From: Bugula neritina
Lineage: Eukaryota; Animalia; Bryozoa
Assembly: GCA_964035545.1 (NCBI GenBank)
Contig: OZ037766.1
Coordinates: 4,020,722-4,084,721, forward strand
DNA length: 64,000 nt
Reading direction: 5' to 3'
In this document: in pieces, positions 38,977-49,360 of the stretch
How positions within the stretch are numbered: the stretch's first letter is position 1
Layout of the letters: each line of letters starts with the position of its first letter
Position numbers and translations under genes: made by a program
Notes under the pieces: generated by a model
The model's database searches: none
The model's input: only the letters and a program-made list of their open reading frames with translations
Told to the model about the DNA's origin: nothing

Positions 38977-41900
38977 ATGAAGGATTCTAGCGCTCATCAG
39001 GTAGGTTTTAATTTTTAAGTTGTGTGCTAATATCTTTAAGTCACTGCTGTCATAAAGATGGTAAGCTTATTCTAAATGACAGAACATAGAATTATTTCTG
39101 TCACATAATACAAGATTCTGACATGGCCCAAAATTGGCACTAATTTACTATAATTATATTAATTATACTTTAGTTCAGATTTTCTTTTAGTTTTTGTATG
39201 GAGTCATTAGCAACTTCTAATTTTTACATTTTATAACTAAGTCATTACAACGTGCAAATATAATTGTATAGTTCGTTTCCTAATTAATTTTTTATGTGTA
39301 AGTTTGATTTATTTTCCAAAAAATACTTTGTTCCATCAAGGTGCCAACTAGTATGATTTACTCATAAAATGTGTCATGCAAGTACTTGTGAGTGGTTTGA
39401 TTACTAATCAGTCAACTACACTGGGCTGCAAACTTCCACTAATGCATATTTTCAATGGAAGTGTGTTGAACATGTTTTCCAATGTAGTTACAAGGATATC
39501 AAATTAAATATATTTGTTTGAGACAGCTTTATTGCAGCCAAATATAATGTCGCATGGAGTAAAGTTGCTTCTGCTATTTTTTAGGAAGTCAAATTAACGG
39601 AATATGTTGCAAATCAGGTTCGGTAAGTGTTGGCAGGTTTTTATTGGTTACAGTGTTTAGCCAATAATATTAAAGTAAATAGATTTTATAATTTCTTCTA
39701 TTGTTTAATTATAAATATGCAATGCCAGTGTTTTTGCAATTTATATTTTTACTAATGAAGTATTTTGTTTTTTAAGTGAGAATAAAGATTTGCTAGGAGT
39801 AGTGATCACAGACAGAGATGGTGTACCTATTGTACAAGGTGTGTATGTCAACACTAACATGTCGGCACTATGTCAAATGACACCTTGGTCTGTTGAATAA
39901 AGTATGCAATTATGTAAATGTTGTTTTCTATTAAAGCTTGTATACTGTGTTACTTTATTTTATTTCAGTGCTTATGAGTATTGAGTTACTTGTTCATAGA
40001 TTCATCTGAGGCTATTATGTTAAATTTAGAAGATTAGGTCAACCTATGAACAATGCCCAATATAGGTACATAGTGTAAGGTGTGAGATAGCAGCTTCCAT
40101 CATAGAGTACAAGGTGAATCCATTGCTTCAATTAGTTACAGTACTAATTGGCTGACTTATGATTTTATCCTCTTAGTTCACATGTCAAGCAGCAAACAAA
40201 ACATATTATTGGTTCCATTCTCTTAATAAGTAATATTGAAGTGTTTTTATAGAACTGTTTTCACATGTACTTCTTGTTAGAGAAAAATATAGGCTGCTTT
40301 TAATAAATTTAGACTGGTCTAACAGTGATAGAGAATTACAGAACAGATTCTTACAGAACCGCCAGTTTGTAGCCTCATATTCAAGTATAAGTGAACAGGC
40401 CAACAGACTTGGTATAGGAACTAGCGACCTGTTCATAGCCTCATATTCTCACTACCAGGTGGGGTTATCTTCCCACTTCCCATAATTTAGCATAGCATGC
40501 TAGAAATTTTTTTCAACGAGTCTTTGAATTTTTTTGCTATTACCAGTCTGTATGCATTTTATTAAAGTTGAAAATTTGAGTTAATATCTGTGGATCATTA
40601 AAATGGCTGGCCACTCTTTAATGATGTAATCCATGTTATAGGTGATAGGAATTGTCTTCCCTTGTGAGCCAGTAATTTTTATGCCTCTCTATGCAGATGC
40701 AACATTTTATGACATACTAAGTTTTATGACATACTAGCTGCACACACTTAAAAATATTCTACAGTGATGTGAAAAAGTTTAAGGACGCTTGCAGAAATTT
40801 CTATGTATCTTGTTTAATAGGCATTTCTTGTAAGTTCCTAATATTTTCCTGCAAGTTCTATATATCAAAATGACCCTTAGAATGTGCTCTACAATTTCCA
40901 CTTTCTAAATTCCTGCCGTTGTGATGTTTTTTACTCATTTTTGGGCCAACTGCACAAGCAGCTAGGGAAGCGCAACTCCTGTTTTTTTTATGTAACCAAA
41001 GTTTATCGACTTTTATAACCACAAAAGGCTAAATAGTGAAATTTGACTTTGTGCATGGCATCATGATATCATAAAGTATGACTTTCTTTTATAATTTGAA
41101 ATATGTCATTTAGTTGTGAGCTTTTACATGGTGTCCACTTGGGCGCTGCCCATAGACTAAATAAGAGCTGTAAATCTTCCTTCAGAGGCATAGTTTGTAA
41201 TAATTTTCTTGCACAAAGAAGGTTATTCAATTAGAGAAATATCTGAAAAGGTTGGCAAAGTAAAGACAACTGTACATCAAATTATCAAGAAGTTTATGGA
41301 CACTGGTAGTGTAGCAGATGGACCTGAAAATGGCCGAATAAAAATAAGCACACCGAGAGATGACAAGGTTCTCATTGGGATCAGCAAGAAAGATTGCCAT
41401 AAAACAAGTCTTGAGTAGGCAAGGAATAGACAGAATCAACAGGAACACCAGCTTGGACATCCCTGATAAGGCAAGATTGCTGAGCCATGGTTTACATGGC
41501 CGCAAAGCAAGAGGAAGCCTCAACCAACCGAGAAGCAGCAAAAAAGCCGGTTACGGTGGGCCAGGGAGCCTGGTATAATTAGACAGTGAATGATTAGAAA
41601 AAAAGTAATTTTTTTAGATGAATCTATATTTAATGTGAACAATCATGCTGGAAACTGTTGTGTTAAAAGGTACCAGTATGAGAAATATAACCCTTAATGT
41701 ATTTTTCGAATAATTAAGCACCCTATCGGTGTTATGTTCTGGGGTTGTATAACATCAATAAGTGTAGGTCGACTCAGTAATTGCTCTGGAATGATGTTAT
41801 TGCTCAAAAATATATGGAGAATCTCAATGCTAGACATCTTTCAATCATAAAAAACTTCTTTTTAAATGAAATTAACATATTTGAAGATGACAATGCACCA

Positions 41901-42993
41901 TGCCATTGGGCAAAAACTGTTAAAAAGTGGATGAAAAAGCAGAAAGTCTCAACGCTTAACTGGCCTGCACAAAGCTGGGACTTGAACCCAATAAGAAATT
42001 CATGGTCAATAATGGCTAAAATAGTCTCTTCACAGAAGCCAACAACTAAGGTGACACTCATAGAGCCTGTAATTCATGCATGGCATCATGTCGTGACTGA
42101 AAACGAGTTGGAGAAGCTGTACGAGTTGATGCCTCCTCGCTGCCGACTTGTGATTGAGAATAAAGGCTGGCCAACAAAACATTGATACTAAAATTTAAAG
42201 CCCTGTGTGTTGCAATGCTGCTATAATGTGTATAACAATTCACATATAATATTTTTCTATGTTTCAAGTAAAATATTATGATGTCATGCAGTGCACACAA
42301 ATTGTGGGAACATTGAATAATTCCCATATATGCATAGTATCTCATTGTTTCACCCAAGTTTTTGGAGGATGTAAAAAAAGACACTTATAATTTATATGAA
42401 TGAGATAAGGAGATCTTAAGGATCATTTTGATAGGCACCATGCCTATGGAAATGCATTAGTTATGTCTTAAAATTAGCTTGGAACATTGCTATTATGAAA
42501 AACATGGAGGCGTCCTTAAACTTTTTCACAGCACTGTAGTTGGAATCTCCAGCTTTCTAATGGTACAGGTTGTCTGGGAGCAGATAACTCCTAAATTTAA
42601 AGTTTTTCATAAGTTTTGATTTGTGCAGGTGCTGCAGTTTAATGAGTTGTCTTCTCACCGATGTCTAGTGACTCTGTTTATCAAGGCTGACAGCAACATT
42701 GGTGAGTGTTTAGAGAGTTTGTAGTTATCTTAGCATGTACTGATTCACATCATATCCAATATCCAGAGTATATTATTGCTCTTTCATTGCTGTATTTCTG
42801 ATGTTGTTGGTAAGTGTGGTAGTTGTCTGCCCTACTGTGTGCAACAGTCAATATTATCGGTTGTAACATTGTAGTGTTTTATACTATGATTCCAGGTGTG
42901 TTTATTGGTCAGCGAGACACTTGGAAGCAGGTGACTGAAATGATAGACAGACAAGTAATGAGAAGTGGTAGACATGAGCAGACCTTAGCTTAG
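38977..42993 (+). CDS. LAMTOR3: Ragulator subunit LAMTOR3 (MP1), divergent, about 146 aa. Exons 38977-39000, 39585-39622, 39777-39838, 40313-40458, 42629-42701, 42896-42993
   Basis: Signature VITDRDGVPI, then EQANRLGIG...SYSHYQVLQFN...ADSNIG; phases consistent. The start exon is less certain. Missing from the ORF track because the exons are short. Confidence 0.8.
40762..42536 (+). mobile_element. Tc1/mariner DNA transposon, 1775 bp, inactive, in LAMTOR3 intron 4
   Basis: 27-bp TIRs CAGTG(A/C)TGTGAAAAAGTTTAAGGACGC (26/27 match) at 40762-40788 and 42510-42536; TA duplicated at 40760-61 and 42537-38. Confidence 0.95.
41130..42185 (+). pseudogene. Tc1 transposase pseudogene
   Basis: HTH (GYSIREISEKVG..KTTVHQII), FLDES, VMFWGC, FEDDNAPCH and WPAQSWDLNPIRN in broken frames with stops; the catalytic Glu position reads Arg. 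Start is approximate. Confidence 0.88.
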
Positions 42994-44496
42994 CAGTTGC
43001 ACATAAATTCATATATAATATAATATATTATGTAATATAGTATGTATACTATGTTATATAGAATATAATATGGTATATGTATAGTAAAAGTTTGGCAGCT
43101 ATGTCATTGAAAAGCTGTGGTCCAAAACTGCTTATAATTTGCTTAGAACTTGCAATATCTACCATGTAATAACTTCTGTTGATATTTATGTTATTATCTT
43201 TTTCATTGATGCATATGTAGCTTAAAAGTTTGTGTCTGCAAATTTCATTTTATAGCTGCAATAACTTGTGTCAGTTTTCTTACGCTTACAATCATATTTA
43301 CCTAAATATATTCTTATATACAGGTTCTTCATAAATCAGATCTTTCCTGTGCTGCTGTAAACATCATAACTTTTATACTGTGTATATAGATTCAGTTGAA
43401 AAACTGTAAACACTTAGTGAGTGCAGAGAAATAAACTAAACTCATTTTACTCTAGATTTTGTCCACTGCAGCCCCTTGACATTTGAGTAAGGTCTCAGCA
43501 AGGTATATGAGAGAAAAGCTAGTAGCAGTGGGAGCTCTCTCAATTTGGTGACTTGTTTCTTAGACTGATAGTCTTAAGTGAAAATAATATGAACATAATA
43601 ACATGTGTATGAAATTAAAATATTCGTTGGTGAGAAAACATATTTAAATGTCGGGTCATAAAAAACATCTAAACCCTAAGGCAATGGAGCCAGTAATGAA
43701 TTTAATGACAAGAAGCTGTTTATACATTCATTAACAATACTGTTGGTCATACATATCTAAACTTCGATGTGAAATTACAATCATTTAAAATTTACTTGTG
43801 TTGTTATAATGCAATTGATATTATAATAACGTCCTAAACTTGTCTTTACAAAAAAACTTCCATTTAATTCGCAAAAACTACCAGATATGTGAAGCTTTGT
43901 AAATTCTACAATCATCATTAAGATTAGTAGTCAAACTACCGATTTTGCCTCCACACATTAGCTGATGGGTGAATTACTAAATTTTCCTATTAGGGGGTAA
44001 ATTGTAACTACAGTGATTTTAGCACTCGGAAAATAATTATTATTATGATAATTATTAGTATAATATAGACACATCTCTTACCTACTGTAACATAAACAAT
44101 CAGGACCGTGGCTAAGGTGCTAGCAATAAGATGGTATTACAAATTATTTATGTTCAATCTGCAGTTATAAGCTTTCTGCATCAACTATGGTAATAATAAT
44201 AATAATGATAATACTATCAATTTTAAAAGCAATTTTATTTAGAGTTATCAGGGGAGACAACTTATAAAATATGACGTCACATAAAACAAATTATTAACAT
44301 TGTCTATTTATGTTATATGCTTTTTTGTTGAAAGTTTCAATTATTGTAAATAATATTTATGTTTGAAAAGTAATTTAACATTTAGTTTTTTAACAATAAT
44401 TTAAATGATCAAGTTTTTCATAACATAAGCAGTATTCACACTTTCTTATTATAACTTTTCGTTATTTATGAACCCGCTTGAATCGCCGGATCAGTT

Positions 44497-44543
44497 ATCG
44501 CTTCTCGGCCTATTGGCTAAGATCAAAGTGTAGTATCTGTTCT
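44497..44543 (+). ncRNA. U2: U2 snRNA, 5' fragment (nt 1-47)
   Basis: ATCGCTTCTCGGCCTATTGGCTAAGATCAAAGTGTAGTATCTGTTCT is the canonical U2 5' end with stem I and the branch-point recognition motif GTAGTA (44530-44535). Confidence 0.97.
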
Positions 44544-44801
44544 ACAGTTCCAAAGAGTCTCTGCTATCAAAGGCAAAGAGTATCTGTTCTAATAGTCTAC
44601 CATAGCTCCCTTAAGTTCGAGTTCACTCCTTAAGGTGAGGGCGTGCAATCGCTACGGTTGAAGAGTTCGCTCTCCCTCTGTTTGCAACCACTATTCCATC
44701 TTAGTACCTGATCAGGTGATTCCAAAACCAGTCCTTTTCAGGACTATCAGGCACCAACCATTCAGAGTCCCACTCTACCCCTTTTTTCAAGAGCCCCAAA
44801 C

Positions 44802-45887
44802 ATGGCCATCTTATCAGCCATCGTTAGGGGCTGCCCTGACAGCTCCACGGAGTTTTTCAACAAGCTGAAGGATCTCGTCGCTCTTAACAGAGTGAAATCA
44901 GTAGTGTCACTCCAGACTGGAGTGGAAATCGCCTTCTTAGACGAAGAGGCTTTAAAAAAGTTCGTCATGGGTGCCCCTGGAAACTGGGCAGTCAAGTCTT
45001 CTCTTTCCAGAGACATCTTGGTAACCGTTACCCCGCAGCTGGGTCAAGGCCACCACGAGGTGACAGACCAAGCACTGGGCGCTGCCCTTGCAAATTGGGG
45101 CACAGTGAAAAGTGGGCGCAAGCTCACTTACAAAGAGTTCCCCTCCATCGAGAATGGTGTAAGACAGTTCTTTATAGAACCCAAAGTGGGCGTGGTGATC
45201 CCAAGCTCAATAAGATTTGGTCCTGCTGCCTTCAGGATTACATACAAAGGCATGATCCGCACCTGCCACAGGTGTAGATCTACCGAACATGAGGTGGCCT
45301 CTTGCCCTGAGAAGTGGTGCCACAAATGCCACCAGATTGGTCATCTGAAGAGCAGCTGTACCAACACAGCACTCTGTGTGGTGTGTGGTAGCACAGACCA
45401 CTCCTTCACCAGCTGTCCTGAGTCCTACAGGAACAAACTGGCTTTGAAGACAACTTGGTCAAGACCCCCCAGATCCCCAACTCAGACCTCAGGCCAAGAG
45501 AAGAAAACTCCCAAGGCCTCGAGCAACAACAAAGCTAAAAAACCAGCAGAAGCAAATACTTCTAACAAGGAGTCAGAAGAGGACAAGGCGGTGGAACCCC
45601 CCAAAGAACCTAGCCGAGAGCCAACAGCCCCCCTGACGCAAAAGCCCCTGGCCCAAAAACCAGAAGGAGCCCTGCGCAGACGCTCAAGCTCCCGGCAAAA
45701 CAGAAGGAAACGAAGAAAAGAAGGCAGCCTCTCCCCATTAGGACTTCCTACCCCTACATCCATCCCTGAGACTAGCTCTGACACCGGCAATGATGTGGCA
45801 AATCGTTTCAGTATTTTAGCTGACTCGGAACTGCTTCCCAACACAACAGATGTAGGGGAGATGGAAACCAATCACCAATCATCATAA
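44802..45887 (+). CDS. Retrotransposon ORF1, gag-like, three CCHC zinc knuckles, 361 aa
   Basis: CHRCRSTEHEVASC, CHKCHQIGHLKSSC, CVVCGSTDHSFTSC; ENGVR motif; basic disordered tail with an NRFSIL motif. Confidence 0.93.
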   Translation: MAILSAIVRGCPDSSTEFFNKLKDLVALNRVKSVVSLQTGVEIAFLDEEALKKFVMGAPGNWAVKSSLSRDILVTVTPQLGQGHHEVTDQALGAALANWGTVKSGRKLTYKEFPSIENGVRQFFIEPKVGVVIPSSIRFGPAAFRITYKGMIRTCHRCRSTEHEVASCPEKWCHKCHQIGHLKSSCTNTALCVVCGSTDHSFTSCPESYRNKLALKTTWSRPPRSPTQTSGQEKKTPKASSNNKAKKPAEANTSNKESEEDKAVEPPKEPSREPTAPLTQKPLAQKPEGALRRRSSSRQNRRKRRKEGSLSPLGLPTPTSIPETSSDTGNDVANRFSILADSELLPNTTDVGEMETNHQSS

Positions 45888-48800
45888 TGGCTGGCAGATT
45901 GAAAATCACCACCATCAATGTGAATGGGATAAGGGATCACTCCAAAAGGGCAAACGTGATATCCTCTCTCCAAGAGTCGAGAGCTGACATACTCCTCTTA
46001 CAGGAAACACACTCAGAGAATATCCCTAATTGGCCCGGACATAAATATGTGAACTTTCACACAGAATGGTCTGGAGGGACTGCCATACTAGTCAACCCAG
46101 CCTTTGGAGGAAAAGTTACCAACCCCCTTTACGAAGAAAACGGCAGAATCACTGCAGTGGACGTAGATGTAGGTAGCGCCGCCCTGAGGATTGTGAATGT
46201 GTACGCACCCAACAACCCTAGAGAGAGGCGTCAATTTTACAGTCAGTGTCTCCCAGAATACCTTTCCTTTACAAGGAAAAACATTCTAGCGGGAGACACA
46301 AACTGCATCACATCAAGAGACCTTGACAGCCACTCGCATTCCGACTCTACGGCAAGCCTCATCGGCTCGGAAGAGCTCAGAGTTTCAACCTCAAACTTTA
46401 GAATTACTGATATCTTCAGAGCCAAACACCCCACTGCTAAGGATTTTACCTGGTACGGCCACCAGGGAAAACAAGCAAGCCGACTAGACAAGTTCTTTAC
46501 TCCCATCGACTTGCCTTGTCAGGTTAGCAGTGAATTCTTTCCGTATTCCGACCACAAGACTGTCTCGTTGGTAGTCTCCCTTGATGCAGACGGTGCTACC
46601 CCGGGTAAATCCTACTGGAAACTCAATGTCTCCATATTGGAACATGAGTCGTACAGGGGAAGAATCCAAGAGCTCCTAACAGACTGCCGCACTCTTCGAC
46701 TGGCTTTTGACACAGCGGGAGAATGGTGGGCCGACATCAAAAGGAGAATAAAAGTAGTGACTACCAAGCACTGCTCTCTTGTCAAAGCCAGTAGAACTGC
46801 AGAGGAAACCGACGTTCGATCTTCTCTCCTGAGGGAAACTGACTTGTCGGAAATATCTGTCCTGAAGGAAAAGCTGAGGAGGCTGGAGCATAACAGATTC
46901 CAGGCTCTTAGGGCCAGAGCCAGGTTCAGGAGGGATAAGTTCGACGAGAAATGTACCCCTTTCTTCTTTAACAGAATAAGGGAGAGAAGAGCTCAGAAGT
47001 CGGTAACCAAAATCAGGGCGCCGTCTGGCAAGGTTGAGACTAACACGAAAGGCATTTTGAAGACTTTCCGTGACTTTTACACAGACCTGTACAAAAAGGC
47101 CCCTTACGACGCCAGGACACAGGAGAGAATCCTGCAATGCACAACAGAACATCAAAGTGCTACCGACGATGACCTTTCAGTTTTAAAACTGACCCCTGAC
47201 AACCTTCGTCACAGCGTGTTCTCGAGTAAAACAGGGAGCACTCCGGGGCCAGATGGCCTCCCTGCTGAATTCTACAGAGTTTTCTTTGAAGATTTGGCAG
47301 ATATCCTAGTGGAGGTTTATATGGAGATCGCAACCACAGGGCGCATCCACTGCTCCATGCTGGAGGCGGTCACCATATTAATCCCCAAACCAGGAGACCC
47401 ATTAGAACCAGCAAACTACAGACCCATCTCTCTCCTCAACACTGACTACAAACTGCTGACTAAACACCTGAACACCCTCTGTTTTCCCAGCATTCTTGAG
47501 AGCTGCATCTCAACAAACCAGCTTTGTGCAGTTCCAGGAAGGGACATCAGAGATGGAACCCTCATGATCAGAGATGTTATTCAGTATGTTCAAGACAAGC
47601 ACGGCAAAGCCATTCTTATGTCCCTCGACCAGAAAAAAGCATTTGATGCTGTAGACAGAGACTTCCTCTTCAAGTCTCTGGAAAGGTTTGGCGTACCAAC
47701 ACACTTGTCTGCCATACTGAAGACTCTCTATACCAACACCTCTACGAAGATCCAGGTAAATGGACACCTGTCTGAGCCTGTCATGCTAGAGAGAGGAGTT
47801 AGACAAGGTTGCCCCCTTTCACCCACTCTGTATGTCCTATACGTACAGATGTTTGCGAATTTCGTCACTGAAAACCCACGCTTCAATGGAGTAAGGACCA
47901 CCTCGAACAACATCGCAAAGCTCACGGCATATGCAGATGATCTTCTATTTTTCTGCAGTGACGAGTCTGATGTTACCGAGGTGTTTGAATCCTTCGAATC
48001 CATCAAACAAGGAACTGGGAGTATGCTCAACACAGACAAGACTCAGCTACTCCCAATTGGCAACGCCAACTGTGTCCAGTATCAGCGGTACGTAGTGGAA
48101 AGAATGAAAGTGTGTGGCATAACCTTTTGCAACCGCTCTTTCCAAATGATAGCCAACATCAACTTTGATTTGGCACTCAGAAAGATATGCAAAAGAGCAG
48201 CGGGATTAAAGAACCTATCGTGCACAATTAGAGGAAAGGAGAACGTCGAGAAACGTTGCCAAGCCATCTTTTTCTTCAACTCTGTCCTAAAACCGGGGCA
48301 TGGAAATTTTGACCATCAAAGGCTCCCCCTGTTCTCGTATTACCTGAGTCAATGGTTCAGGAATTTCCCTCAGGGTTATTCCAACCAGACTCCCCACAGT
48401 TTCCACAAATCTGAAACTGCCACCCTGTGCTTGAACATCTGGCAAAGTCTGACCGACCACCAGACCGTGCTCGCACAGTTTCTGACCCCCCCTAGCCAGC
48501 TATATTGCTGGCTAACCTCAGGTGACGAGCAGGCAGACCTTAAAACCCCAAGACCACAGTGCAGGGACCTAGAAGACACAGTCCTCAGTTCCCTCATAAG
48601 GATCTGGAGCACGTCTTCCCTGCCAACAAAGGACATTGACTTTGGATGGAGAACAGCAATGGGAGGCCTTAAGACAGGCGAGTTTGTCTCGCAATACAAC
48701 ATCCCTGGAGCTAAACTCTCTTGTGTCTTCTGTGACGCATGCCCTGTTGAGACAGTAGAACACTTGTTCGTCTCATGCAAGGGCTTAACTCCAGTTAGAG

Positions 48801-49114
48801 CCATCATGGCCCACTTCATCCAATTGCTCGGAGGCACCATCCAAAGACAAGCCACACCCGCAAAAATCCTCTTTTGCCTGGGTGTGCTCTCGGACCCTCC
48901 CGATCGGACAACTCTTTTTTCAGTTTTCCAACTCATTTCCAGATGTAACCAAGTCATTTGGAACATTCGGAATGAGCTGGTCTTTTCATACCAGCCACAC
49001 AATCTTCACTCCAAAATCCAGAAGATTGAGGCAGTCGTCCAGTGCACAAGCCAACATCTTCTCGAAGAACATAGGCTCTGTGCACTGGACGGTGCGCTAG
49101 AACCAGGTGAGTAA
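45887..49114 (+). CDS. Retrotransposon ORF2: APE endonuclease, reverse transcriptase and C-terminal zinc finger, 1075 aa
   Basis: APE: TINVNG, LQETH, NVYAPN, GDTN, RLD, SDH. RT: PGPDG, YRPISLLNTDYK, LDQKKAFD, GVRQGCPLSP, YADD. C-terminus: CVFC..ETVEHLFVSC. Confidence 0.96.
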   Translation: MAGRLKITTINVNGIRDHSKRANVISSLQESRADILLLQETHSENIPNWPGHKYVNFHTEWSGGTAILVNPAFGGKVTNPLYEENGRITAVDVDVGSAALRIVNVYAPNNPRERRQFYSQCLPEYLSFTRKNILAGDTNCITSRDLDSHSHSDSTASLIGSEELRVSTSNFRITDIFRAKHPTAKDFTWYGHQGKQASRLDKFFTPIDLPCQVSSEFFPYSDHKTVSLVVSLDADGATPGKSYWKLNVSILEHESYRGRIQELLTDCRTLRLAFDTAGEWWADIKRRIKVVTTKHCSLVKASRTAEETDVRSSLLRETDLSEISVLKEKLRRLEHNRFQALRARARFRRDKFDEKCTPFFFNRIRERRAQKSVTKIRAPSGKVETNTKGILKTFRDFYTDLYKKAPYDARTQERILQCTTEHQSATDDDLSVLKLTPDNLRHSVFSSKTGSTPGPDGLPAEFYRVFFEDLADILVEVYMEIATTGRIHCSMLEAVTILIPKPGDPLEPANYRPISLLNTDYKLLTKHLNTLCFPSILESCISTNQLCAVPGRDIRDGTLMIRDVIQYVQDKHGKAILMSLDQKKAFDAVDRDFLFKSLERFGVPTHLSAILKTLYTNTSTKIQVNGHLSEPVMLERGVRQGCPLSPTLYVLYVQMFANFVTENPRFNGVRTTSNNIAKLTAYADDLLFFCSDESDVTEVFESFESIKQGTGSMLNTDKTQLLPIGNANCVQYQRYVVERMKVCGITFCNRSFQMIANINFDLALRKICKRAAGLKNLSCTIRGKENVEKRCQAIFFFNSVLKPGHGNFDHQRLPLFSYYLSQWFRNFPQGYSNQTPHSFHKSETATLCLNIWQSLTDHQTVLAQFLTPPSQLYCWLTSGDEQADLKTPRPQCRDLEDTVLSSLIRIWSTSSLPTKDIDFGWRTAMGGLKTGEFVSQYNIPGAKLSCVFCDACPVETVEHLFVSCKGLTPVRAIMAHFIQLLGGTIQRQATPAKILFCLGVLSDPPDRTTLFSVFQLISRCNQVIWNIRNELVFSYQPHNLHSKIQKIEAVVQCTSQHLLEEHRLCALDGALEPGE

Positions 49115-49360
49115 CATGGAGGCTTGGCTGACTCCTTTCCTTAGTCCTAGTCAAAGGGCAGGCGAGGCTGCGTGGGGAGTAGTCTGTCCTGACAGCAATT
49201 GCCGCATGATCTGTGGTCATGGCTGTCAAAGGCTCCTTGGGGCAAGTTTCGGCTGGCCTCTCGGAGTGCTTTATTAGAGAGCTCGATTTAGGTGACAATC
49301 TCGTTTAGTTTAGTAGGAACACTAACCGCACTGGTTAGCTTCCGCTCTCTAATAAACAGG

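Larger units (their letters stand above)
44544..49360 (+). mobile_element. U2-targeting Tx1-clade non-LTR retrotransposon (Keno-like), near full length
   Basis: Interrupts U2; AGTATCTGTTCT is duplicated at 44532-44543 and 49361-49372; gag-like ORF1 plus APE-RT ORF2; visibly more GC-rich than the flanks. The 5' boundary could instead be 44594. Confidence 0.93.

Noticed and set aside
44614-44720. Pol III B-box or hammerhead ribozyme in the 5' UTR
   Set aside because: GTTCGAGTT misses the B-box consensus, and CTGATCA is not the CUGANGA core.
44762-49298. Antisense ORFs inside the retrotransposon, such as 48376-49002
   Set aside because: No recognisable motifs; expected opposite a long, GC-richer coding strand.
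44544-49360. Utopia or R2-type element
   Set aside because: It has an N-terminal APE domain and a separate ORF1, with no C-terminal restriction-like endonuclease.
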